From Vulcanimicrobiota bacterium (GTDB taxonomy: Bacteria; Vulcanimicrobiota; Vulcanimicrobiia; Vulcanimicrobiales; Vulcanimicrobiaceae): a stretch of 64,000 nt of DNA. Numbering within the stretch: the first letter of the stretch is position 1; each line of letters begins with the position of its first letter. This document shows positions 52,744-60,819 of this stretch, piece by piece. The stretch spans positions 224,001-288,000 of the forward strand of contig CAWCIZ010000003.1 in the NCBI GenBank assembly GCA_963795855.1, in the 5' to 3' direction. The translations under genes and the position numbers were made by a program. A model generated the notes under the pieces. That model saw only the letters and a list, made by a program, of their open reading frames with translations. It made no database searches and was not told where the DNA came from.

Positions 52744-54167
52744 TACGCCGGACCTTGCGTAAACGGCCTGAATCGCGCGTCGTCGCGCACCGGATCCATA
52801 CGCGGGTCGATCGCGAGCATGCCTCCGAACTGCGAATGCTGCGCGCGCCGCAGCATCTGGAGCGCTTCGCTGCGCCGCCCCATGGCGACCAGCGCCGTTA
52901 TGACGTCCTCGGGGTCGACGGCGTCGTTGGCCATGCCCGCTTGCGCGACGCGCAGCTCCGCCGCCGCGTCGGGGTAATCGTGCGATGCCGCGTAAACGTG
53001 CGCGAGAAGGGCGGCGGCTTCGAGCCGGCAGGTTGCGCAGCTCGCGCCGTAACGCTGATACGCGGCGATCGCCGAGCGATAATCTCCGAGCGCCTCGTAT
53101 GCAAGCCCCATCGCTTGATACGCATCGAAGCGCTCCGGCGAAAGGTCCAGCGCCTGCTGCGCGTACCGCACCGCCTGCGTATACCGTCGGGACATATAAG
53201 CGGCTTCGGAAAGCCAGTCGGTCGCGGCGACCGATTCGGGATCCAGCACCGCGGCCTTGTGCAATTCGTCGAACGCCTCCGACCCGCGTCCCTCGCGAAG
53301 CAGCGCCATGCCGTACCACTGATGCGCCGGAGCGTACGCAGGGTCGAGCGCAATAGCGCGCCGGTATTCGATCTGTCCGGCGACGGCGTGGTGCTGCTTG
53401 ATTTCGACTAGGCCGAGCGCGGCATGCGCTTCTGCCGAATCGGAATCGAGCGCCAACGCTCGGTCCGCGTAGGTTCTCGCCCTGGCGAAAGCCCGGGTCT
53501 TCGTGATTGGGCCGAAGCCGTAGTCGCCCTCGATCGCGTACGCCACCGCTAGCCCGGCATAGCCGAGAGGATTGTGGGGATCGCTGGCCGTGACTTGATC
53601 GAAGTAGCGCAGACTCTTGCTAATCCCGTCGGCAGTCCGCTGGTTCCAATAGAACTTGCCCATGGAGTAGAGTCGCGCACCGTCCGGCGAGAGTGCAGCG
53701 GCGCCACGTAAAGGCTGCCGCGCATGCGCGAGCCCGCCGACCGCCACGCCGAGTAGCAGTACGATCGCCGCAGCAGCGGCTGCAAGTGACGACCAAGCAC
53801 GGCGCCGGGGCCGCTCGGTGACCGCGGTCACGTCCGGAGCCTGGGCAGGTATATCCGCCTCTTGGCTGACGGGTGCGGTGAAGCGGTAACCGCGCCGCGG
53901 AACCGTTTCGATGGCGTCGCGCTCCCAACGGAGCCGAAGGGCCTTCCGGATGACGTAAATGTTTTGAGCGAGGTTGGCTTCTTCGACGAATCCTTCGGGC
54001 CAGACGCGTGCGAGCAATTCGCTCTTGCTCAGTATGTCGCCCGGATGCTCGACCAGTGCGAGCAGCGTCTCAACCACCTTAGGACCCAAGGCGATGGGTG
54101 CCTCACCAAATGAAAGCATCAGTGGTTCTCTGTCAAGCCGAAACGGCCCGAACCGATACCTCGTCAT
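52743..54167 (-). CDS. CadC/OmpR-type winged-helix plus TM plus TPR transcriptional regulator
   Basis: FGPFRLD, LLARVWP..FVEEANLAQNI..IRKAL, IETVPRRGYRF; hydrophobic segment; multiple TPRs; GAGGAG SD. Confidence 0.88.
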   Translation of the reverse strand: MTRYRFGPFRLDREPLMLSFGEAPIALGPKVVETLLALVEHPGDILSKSELLARVWPEGFVEEANLAQNIYVIRKALRLRWERDAIETVPRRGYRFTAPVSQEADIPAQAPDVTAVTERPRRRAWSSLAAAAAAIVLLLGVAVGGLAHARQPLRGAAALSPDGARLYSMGKFYWNQRTADGISKSLRYFDQVTASDPHNPLGYAGLAVAYAIEGDYGFGPITKTRAFARARTYADRALALDSDSAEAHAALGLVEIKQHHAVAGQIEYRRAIALDPAYAPAHQWYGMALLREGRGSEAFDELHKAAVLDPESVAATDWLSEAAYMSRRYTQAVRYAQQALDLSPERFDAYQAMGLAYEALGDYRSAIAAYQRYGASCATCRLEAAALLAHVYAASHDYPDAAAELRVAQAGMANDAVDPEDVITALVAMGRRSEALQMLRRAQHSQFGGMLAIDPRMDPVRDDARFRPFTQGPA

Positions 54168-54444
54168 CAGCGCTCCTCTTTCCAACTCTCGCCGATGGGA
54201 TTTCTCATGTCCGCAGGCTCGCGCCTTGCTGCGGGCGGATGCGGCCCCGGCGGTGCACCCCGTAACGGATGAACGCCGCGCAGCGTGACGCAGTTCGTCA
54301 CGAAACGCATTCAAACCGTCACACTATTTTACGCGAAACGATTTGCGAAATGCGCATGAAACAAAAGTTGTATGCGTGCAGTAGAAGCGGGTGTACATTA
54401 CGGATGGAACGCGGGTGCGTTCCTCGCTAAACAAAGGATTTATT

Positions 54445-54606
54445 GTGAAAATCGCTGCGAAACAGCAAGCGAAAAACCAGGAAAAGCCGCAAGCGCGTCC
54501 CACGATCTCCCTCGAAAGAGTGTTGACGACCGGACCCGACACGTCTTCATTTGGAGGCTGGGGTCCAAAAGTGAGCGCCGGTAACTTTTTGAAAAACTGG
54601 AATTAA
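54445..54606 (+). CDS. small peptide 2 of the GWGPK family (53 aa as read)
   Basis: AAAGGA SD before GTG; MKIAAKQQAKNQEKPQARPTISLERVLTTGPDTSSFGGWGPKVSAGNFLKNWN. Confidence 0.65.
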   Translation: MKIAAKQQAKNQEKPQARPTISLERVLTTGPDTSSFGGWGPKVSAGNFLKNWN

Positions 54607-54645
54607 TCGCGATTTAAAGTTTCACTCATATCGCTATGATATGAA

Positions 54646-54759
54646 TGAAAAACGAGCGGCGTTGTCCTCCACCAACGAAGCTCGTTCGACTCCTACCTCG
54701 TAGAGTGCAGCAAGACGGGTTGGCGATGTCTCCACCATCGCCAACCCAAATTTTTTTTT
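54646..54759 (+). ncRNA. putative small RNA or structured 3' UTR with three hairpins and C-rich loops
   Basis: Hairpins at 54651-54686 (loop TCCTCCAC), 54689-54706 and 54717-54747 (12 bp stem, loop TCTCCAC), then a T9 tract; TATGAT at 54635. Confidence 0.6.
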
Positions 54760-55733
54760 ACGATACGTACGGTTCGTTCGGCGCCACCGGCGCGAGTATG
54801 CGATCCATCTGCGCGAACGTCGCCGCATCGATGTCCAAATCGCCGGCAGCAGCATTGTCCTTCACGTGTTCCGGCTTCGTCGCACCGGCGATCACGCTCG
54901 TGACCGCGGGCTGACGCAAGCACCACGCCAACGCCAGTTGCGACATGCTGCAGTTTGCGCGTTCTGCGAGCGGCCGCAAACGCTGCACGGCATCCAGCAC
55001 CGCCTGATTGAAATAGTCCTCCATCATGTCCGCGTTGGGTCCCGCCGCGCGCGTTCCGGATTGCGGATGCGACGCATCGGTATATTTGCCGCTCAGAATC
55101 CCCATCGCAAGCGGAGACCACACGACGTTTCCCAATCCGTAGCGCGCGCACGCGGGAAGGACGCGATCCTCGATGCGGCGCCATAACGCGCTGTATTGCG
55201 GCTGATTGCTGATCGGTACGGCCCATCCGCGCGCGCGGCACACGTTCACCGCGGCAACGATTTGATCAGCGTTCCACTCCGAAACGCCCCAATACAAAAT
55301 CTTTCCGGCGCGTACGAGGTCGTTCATCATCTCGCACGTTTCTTCGAGCGGCGTCGCGAGATCGTAGCGGTGGCATTGGTAGAGATCTACGTAGTCCACC
55401 TGAAGGCGGCGTAGCGAGTGATGAATCTGATCGCGAATGTGTTTGCGCGAAAGCCCGCGCTCGTTCGGTCCGTCACCCATCGGAAAATACACCTTCGTTG
55501 CGAGAACCAGCCGATCGCGCGGCAACTCCTTTACGATCGGCCCGAGCACTTCTTCAGCGGCACCGCGCGCATAGACGTTCGCCGTATCGATGAAATTGAT
55601 GCCGCGCTGCCACGCCTCCAGCACACACGTTCGCGCGATGTCGGCGCCGACGTTTCCGCCGTATGTCAGCCACGACCCCAAACCGACTACTGAGAGTCTG
55701 CAAACCGGAATGTCCTAACGATCGATATCGCAT
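54758..55733 (-). CDS. aldo/keto reductase (Kv-beta-like); extra base at about 55697
   Basis: MRYRSLGHSGLQ(L)SVVGLGSW, DTANVY, LATKV, DLYQCH, GVSEW, WSPLA.G.L.GKY. Confidence 0.9.
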
Positions 55734-55741
55734 TTCGAGCG

Positions 55742-56560
55742 CTACGGCACCAAGATGCGAAGCGCCTTCGGCACCACGTCAAACTCAGCCGGCGTCAATC
55801 CGGCCGGTTCGCCATCCGCGCTGACGTGATGCGGGTGATGCGTCGAGATCGAAAAACGCGCGGCTCTCCGCGTGCGCAGGCCTCGTCCGGAGGACGGATC
55901 GCGCGCGACGATTTTTCGCACCACGGCGAATGCGTCGAACCAATTTCGCGGCTCGACACTGTACAGATCGAGCCATCCGTCGTCGATCGCAGCATCTTCG
56001 CGTTCGATTATGCCGCCGAACCGCGCGTTGTTGGCAACGGTTATCTGCACCGTCCGGCACGATTCGCGTTTCCCGTCGAATGCGATTTCGGCGAAGAACG
56101 GCCGAATGTCGCGAAGCGTCTGCAGCGTGGTCGAAACAACCCCTAACGCGCCGAAGCGCTGCTTGAGCTCGGGCGTTTGCCGTCTTGCAATGCGCGCCGA
56201 AACGCCGATGCTCGCTTCGTTGACGAAATAGCGGCCGTTCACCCGGCCGACGTCAATCGCGCGCGTGCGGCCCCCCGCGATCACCGAACAAGCCGCCGAG
56301 ACGTCCAGCGGAACGCCGAGCGTCTTTGCCAGATCGTTGAAGGTGCCCAGCGGCACGATGCCGAGCGGTGCGCCGCGTTCCAACGCGAGCGGAATAGCGC
56401 CGATGACGGTTCCGTCACCTCCCGCTGCGATGACCGCGTTGCACGGCTGCGCCGCATCGTTCGAACACTCGATGCCCGCACGCTCGAGCATGCTGCACGC
56501 GGCGGCGCCTTCGCGCGCGCCCAAACGCGAGCGCTCGTTCACGATGAGAAGAGCTTTCAA
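55742..56560 (-). CDS. YegS/diacylglycerol kinase family lipid kinase
   Basis: AAGGDGT, PLGTFND.A, IDVG, DGE. Confidence 0.88.
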   Translation of the reverse strand: MKALLIVNERSRLGAREGAAACSMLERAGIECSNDAAQPCNAVIAAGGDGTVIGAIPLALERGAPLGIVPLGTFNDLAKTLGVPLDVSAACSVIAGGRTRAIDVGRVNGRYFVNEASIGVSARIARRQTPELKQRFGALGVVSTTLQTLRDIRPFFAEIAFDGKRESCRTVQITVANNARFGGIIEREDAAIDDGWLDLYSVEPRNWFDAFAVVRKIVARDPSSGRGLRTRRAARFSISTHHPHHVSADGEPAGLTPAEFDVVPKALRILVP

Positions 56561-56613
56561 CGAGCTCCCTTTACCCGCGGGACGCGGCGTTTTCGCCGCA
56601 GAACGACGGCGCG

Positions 56614-57936
56614 GTGCTGCTGCAGCGCCGCCTGGGAGTCGTCGACTTCACGCTCATCACGATCGGGTCGGTCATCGGTTCCGGCATATTCCGCAACCCG
56701 GCCCTCGTTGCGCAGCGCGCGCACGCGCCTTTCCTCATCACCACGTGCTGGATCGCCGGCGGCCTGCTCGCACTGATCGGCGCATTCGTGTTTGCAGAAC
56801 TCGCGGGTCGCAGGCCCCTCGACGGCGGCCTGTATGCCTACCTTCGGGAGGCGTACCATCCGGGCGTCGGTTTTATTTTCGGATGGATGATCTTTTGGAT
56901 TCTGTATACCGGCGGAACGGCAGCGTCAGCCGTGCTCTTTGCCGGATATCTCGCGCCCGCGCTCGGCGTCACTGCAGACCCACGGCTCGTTGCCTGCCTT
57001 ACCCTTGCGTGCGTTACCGCAATCAATGCGCTCGGCGTGCGGCAAGGCGCGGGATGGCAGCATTTTCTCGTCGTTCTCAAGGTTTGCGCGATCGGATCGC
57101 TGATCGTCGCAGGGTTCGCCGCGCATCCGATAGCCGCGCACGCGTCGACGCTGCCCGAACTAGGTAAACCTTGGCACGTCGCCGCGGCTTTAGGCGTTGC
57201 GATGCTGCCGGCCTTGTTTTCATATAACGGATTCCAATCGGCGACGTACGTTAGCGCAGAAGTGCGCGAACCGGCGAATACGATTCCGCGCGGCATGCTG
57301 CTCGGCGTGAGCGTCGTCATCGCGGTGTACATCCTCGTGAGCACCGGATGTTTGCGGGTGTTGGGACCGGCCGCACTCTCGGCGTCGCCGACGCCGGCCG
57401 CCGACGTTATGCGCGCGGCGTTCGGAACGATCGGCGAGCGCGCGATCGCGATCGCGATCGCGCTTTCAACGCTCGGATTCATGAGCACCGCGATTTTGGT
57501 TGCGCCTCGCGTCTACTTCCAACTCGCAGAGGATGGGATGCTCTTCCGGCAGGTCGCTTGGGTCCACCCGCGCACGCGCGTGCCGATCGTCGCGATCGTG
57601 ATGCATGGTGCAATGTCCGCAGTGCTGGCGGCAAGCGGAACGTTCGAGCAAATCGTCAATTGGGTAACCCTCCCGAGCTGGTGCTTCATCGCGCTGGCCG
57701 CGCTGGCAATTTTCATATTCCGGCGGCGCGATGCCAATCTGCCGCCGCCGCGCGTCCGCGTCCCCGGCCATCCTTGGACGACGCTGCTCCTGATCGCCGC
57801 GGTAGCAGGCGTCGTCATCGCGGAGATCGCCATCTATCCGCGCGATTCGCTCTACTCGATCCTCGTGCTCGCCGCCGGCGGGCTGGTCTACCTGACGTTT
57901 TTCAGTTTTCGCCGCTATCGGGAATGGCGCGCATGA
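56614..57936 (+). CDS. APC family amino acid permease
   Basis: IGSGIF, AEL, GG.Y.Y, EVREP..TIPR; about 12 TM. Confidence 0.9.
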   Translation: MLLQRRLGVVDFTLITIGSVIGSGIFRNPALVAQRAHAPFLITTCWIAGGLLALIGAFVFAELAGRRPLDGGLYAYLREAYHPGVGFIFGWMIFWILYTGGTAASAVLFAGYLAPALGVTADPRLVACLTLACVTAINALGVRQGAGWQHFLVVLKVCAIGSLIVAGFAAHPIAAHASTLPELGKPWHVAAALGVAMLPALFSYNGFQSATYVSAEVREPANTIPRGMLLGVSVVIAVYILVSTGCLRVLGPAALSASPTPAADVMRAAFGTIGERAIAIAIALSTLGFMSTAILVAPRVYFQLAEDGMLFRQVAWVHPRTRVPIVAIVMHGAMSAVLAASGTFEQIVNWVTLPSWCFIALAALAIFIFRRRDANLPPPRVRVPGHPWTTLLLIAAVAGVVIAEIAIYPRDSLYSILVLAAGGLVYLTFFSFRRYREWRA

Positions 57937-58273
57937 TGTCGTGGGCGAGCGCGTTCGCACTCTGGTCCGGGGGAAGTTGAACGGCGATCCGCGGAAAGCG
58001 TTCGCCGTGCGTTTCGATGACCAGACACTCGCCCGCGCCGCTCACGTCGCAGAAGATGATGCCGTACGGATTCGCGAAAACGCCCGCGCTCTTGAGCATG
58101 CCGAAGTTCAGGCCTTCGAGTTTGTACTGCAACTGCAGGTCTTCGAAGTCGCTCACGTATGCGTTGACGACGTGCGCCAACGGGATGTGGAACGAACCGT
58201 GAAATGCCAGGAGCGAGTCCAGTAAGGACAGTTTTATGGTGAGAGTATCGTCGACGATCGCTACGTCCGCCAA
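57902..58273 (-). CDS. hypothetical protein (possible bacterial PH-like fold)
   Basis: Open frame with plausible composition, IPLAHV..A pattern; TTG start. Confidence 0.55.
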   Translation of the reverse strand: MADVAIVDDTLTIKLSLLDSLLAFHGSFHIPLAHVVNAYVSDFEDLQLQYKLEGLNFGMLKSAGVFANPYGIIFCDVSGAGECLVIETHGERFPRIAVQLPPDQSANALAHDIMRAIPDSGEN

Positions 58274-58388
58274 GTTTCACGCTCCGTTTCAAGAGTTTCC
58301 GGCGTTTTCAACGGCTCCATTTTTTCGGCCTCTCGTGTTGTAAATGCGGCCGTGCATGGGAACATTTGATGACCAAGGGAGAAATGCT

Positions 58389-58697
58389 ATGCCTGGTACT
58401 GCAAAGAGCAAATCGCGGACCTCTCGCAAGAAGTCCGCAAGCAAGAAAGTAAAGCCGGCTTCCGGTCTGAAAGCGAAGGCGAAGAAGGCCGCGGCGCCGT
58501 TGAAACGTGCGGCAAAGAATCCGAAACGAACGGTGAAGAAGGCCGCGGAAAACGTGCACGATAAAGCTTCGAGCGCGCGCAAGGTCGGCGAATCCGTCGT
58601 ATCGGCGGGCGAGCTCATCAAACAAACCGCCGACTTTGTGGATGCGATGGCTACGCGTGCGGGAAAGCGATCGACGGGGGCACGCACCAAGAAATAA
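58389..58697 (+). CDS. Lys/Ala-rich basic protein (histone H1-like)
   Basis: AAGGGAG SD; KKSASKK, KAKAKKAAAP repeats. Confidence 0.7.
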   Translation: MPGTAKSKSRTSRKKSASKKVKPASGLKAKAKKAAAPLKRAAKNPKRTVKKAAENVHDKASSARKVGESVVSAGELIKQTADFVDAMATRAGKRSTGARTKK

Positions 58698-58726
58698 GGG
58701 CCGGCATTCCTGGGAGTGCCGGCCCC
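58698..58726. terminator. hairpin between convergent genes
   Basis: GGGCCGGCATTCC/GGAGTGCCGGCCC stem. Confidence 0.6.
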
Positions 58727-58734
58727 GAGTCGAT

Positions 58735-59103
58735 TTAGAATTCCACGTCGTACAGATAGGAACCGGCGACCCGTTCGCAGTTGGAAGTTTCCGGCGTAAA
58801 GCGTGTCAGACGTGCGGATTGAAGCGCCGCGTCGTCGAGCAGCGCGTTGCCGCTGCCGGCGTAGAGTCTTGCGCCGATCAGGTTTCCGGACGCGTCCAGA
58901 TCGATCTTGACCTGCGAAACGCCGCTTGCACCAAGTTCGGCTGCCATTGTCGGCATCTGCCAGAACGGCGTTCCATCCACGCCGGCAGCAACGTCGCATC
59001 CCGGACGCGAGCTGACGACGGCTACGTGGTGCGAGAATGGAACCATCGTTATAGCGGGCACTGCGGCAGCGGCCGCGACCGCTGCAACTATCAAACTAAG
59101 CAT
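58735..59103 (-). CDS. secreted TonB C-terminal domain protein
   Basis: GAGGAG SD; signal peptide; P..A...G.SG...V...LD..G...SGN.LLD.AAL..AR..RF.P. Confidence 0.8.
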   Translation of the reverse strand: MLSLIVAAVAAAAAVPAITMVPFSHHVAVVSSRPGCDVAAGVDGTPFWQMPTMAAELGASGVSQVKIDLDASGNLIGARLYAGSGNALLDDAALQSARLTRFTPETSNCERVAGSYLYDVEF

Positions 59104-59172
59104 TGCGATCTCCTCATCGTCGCCGCGCGCGGTGCGTGGCGACAGATGGAGCGCTCGATCTCGGCAAGATGT

Positions 59173-59203
59173 AAGAGGGGGTACGGGAGGGGTACCCCCT
59201 TTT
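59173..59203. terminator. hairpin between peptide 3 and the TonB-C gene (loop CCCUCCC on the minus strand)
   Basis: AAGAGGGGGTAC-GGGAGGG-GTACCCCCTTTT. Confidence 0.65.
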
Positions 59204-59219
59204 ACTCGCGACCCGGCAT

Positions 59220-59357
59220 CTACAGTTTCGGGCCCCAACCGGGGAAAAGTCCGGTATTGACCGGCCGAATGTGGTGCACCAGGTGCGAACGTTCTTGGTC
59301 GTCGCGCTGCTCGGTCTCGTCAGCGGCTTGCAGTTTGCGATACACCTTGGGGGACAT
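59220..59357 (-). CDS. small peptide 3 of the GWGPK family (45 aa; not in the ORF track)
   Basis: AAGGAG SD 7 nt before ATG; MSPKVYRKLQAADETEQRDDQERSHLVHHIRPVNTGLFPGWGPKL. Confidence 0.75.
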   Translation of the reverse strand: MSPKVYRKLQAADETEQRDDQERSHLVHHIRPVNTGLFPGWGPKL

Positions 59358-59586
59358 CTTGCGCTCCTTCAACGGCTTCAAATCGAGCCGATGAATCAAT
59401 GCTAGTCAGATGCCGTCGCGCGGCCGTCCGAAGATCGTCCTGGCGCCGTTTTTTTTATGGCGGTCAAGCCCACTCGCTAGGTGAGTCTCCCTTACGGGTT
59501 AGAGTCACCGGCGCCGAGGCAGAGCGTCCAGGCTGGCTTCTCCGGGTTTATCGGAATCGGAGCAGTGCGGCCCACATCGTGGTGCC

Positions 59587-60816
59587 TCAAAGTGAACTCT
59601 GCGGGTGCAGAACGGCAGTTGGAAACCCGGCGTCATTGAGACGGTCGGCGATGAACGTCGCATCTCCGCGCTCGCGCAGTTCGAGCATAAAATCCAAAGC
59701 AGCATCGCGGGAAGAGACATCACTGAACAGGCGCCGGTGCGCTAAGTCAACGACGTTCGCACCGGCCTCGGCAATGAGCGCTGACACCGCGGAAAGCGAG
59801 CCGGGACGATCGGCGATCATCACCCTGATGCACGCCACCATGCCGGCGCTTAGGCGCGCTCGGGTAATGACGTTTGCGAGAAGAGAAGGATCAATGTTGC
59901 CGCCGCTAAGCACGATCCCGACGCGCCTTCCCGAGAAACGTTCGGCGTGCACCATTAAGGCCGCCACGCCGGCTGCGCCGGCTCCCTCGCTGACCAATTT
60001 TTCCTCTTCGAGCAGCAGGTAAATCGCAGATTCGATCGCTTCTTCCGAAACCAGTACAACGTCGGCAACGTACCGGCGGACGATTTCAAGGGTGAAGCGC
60101 GAGACCTTTTGCACGGTGATCCCGTCCGCAATGGTCGGCATACCGGCAACGGGTTCGAGGCCCTGGATAGCGCGCTTGAAATGCGGTTGATGCGCGCTCT
60201 GAACGCCGATGATCGTGACGTGCGGGTTGATAGACGTTGCCGCGACGGCAACGCCGGCGATAAGACCTCCTCCGCCGATCGGGACGATCAGGACATCGAG
60301 GTCGGGGACGGCCCCCAACATCTCGAGTCCAATCGTGCCCTGTCCGGCGACGACCGTTTCGTCATCATAGGGATGTACGAACGCCAAGTTACCTTCGGCG
60401 GCGATCGACCTCGCGCGGGCTTCACAGTCCGCCAACGGCCCGTCTTGCAGAACGACATCAGCGCCAAACTTCTGCGCTTCACGCACTTTGATCGCGGAGG
60501 TCGCCGAGGGCATCACAATCGTCACCGGGATTCCTAGCCGCCGGCCGTGGAACGCGACCGCCTGTGCGTGATTTCCGGTGGACGCCGCTACGACGCCGGG
60601 CGCCCCGGCTTCTTTAAGGCAAAGCAGCTTTAGCAATGCGCCACGCTCTTTGAACGAACCCGTGCGCTGCCTGTTCTCGAGTTTTAGCCACACCTCGAGG
60701 CCAACGAACTGTGAGAGGCGCGGTGCAGTCACCAATGGTGTCTCCACAATGCTGCCCCTAATAAGCGCCGACGCTCGCGCGATCTGCGCCGGCGTAATGC
60801 CTATTTGAGCAGGCAC
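59587..60816 (-). CDS. threonine/serine ammonia-lyase with C-terminal ACT domain
   Basis: KLENRQRTGSFKERGA, STGNHAQ, HPYDD, PIGGGGL, SGGNID, DRPGSL. Confidence 0.92.
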   Translation of the reverse strand: MPAQIGITPAQIARASALIRGSIVETPLVTAPRLSQFVGLEVWLKLENRQRTGSFKERGALLKLLCLKEAGAPGVVAASTGNHAQAVAFHGRRLGIPVTIVMPSATSAIKVREAQKFGADVVLQDGPLADCEARARSIAAEGNLAFVHPYDDETVVAGQGTIGLEMLGAVPDLDVLIVPIGGGGLIAGVAVAATSINPHVTIIGVQSAHQPHFKRAIQGLEPVAGMPTIADGITVQKVSRFTLEIVRRYVADVVLVSEEAIESAIYLLLEEEKLVSEGAGAAGVAALMVHAERFSGRRVGIVLSGGNIDPSLLANVITRARLSAGMVACIRVMIADRPGSLSAVSALIAEAGANVVDLAHRRLFSDVSSRDAALDFMLELRERGDATFIADRLNDAGFPTAVLHPQSSL

Positions 60817-60819
60817 AGT

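Noticed and set aside
54447..54485. Phased GAAA repeats as regulator binding sites
   Set aside because: They fall inside the peptide 2 ORF and are explained by Lys/Glu codons
54519..54590. Possible riboswitch-like stem-loop (GGACCC...GGGTCC)
   Set aside because: Lies within the peptide 2 coding region and matches no riboswitch I can recognise
54645..54914. 89 aa + strand ORF
   Set aside because: No SD, runs through a terminator and antisense into the aldo/keto reductase; the RNA structure explains the region better
2188..55697. Widespread pseudogenisation or programmed frameshifting
   Set aside because: Affected genes are otherwise intact and often essential, there are no slippery sequences, and the motif bias points to sequencing error
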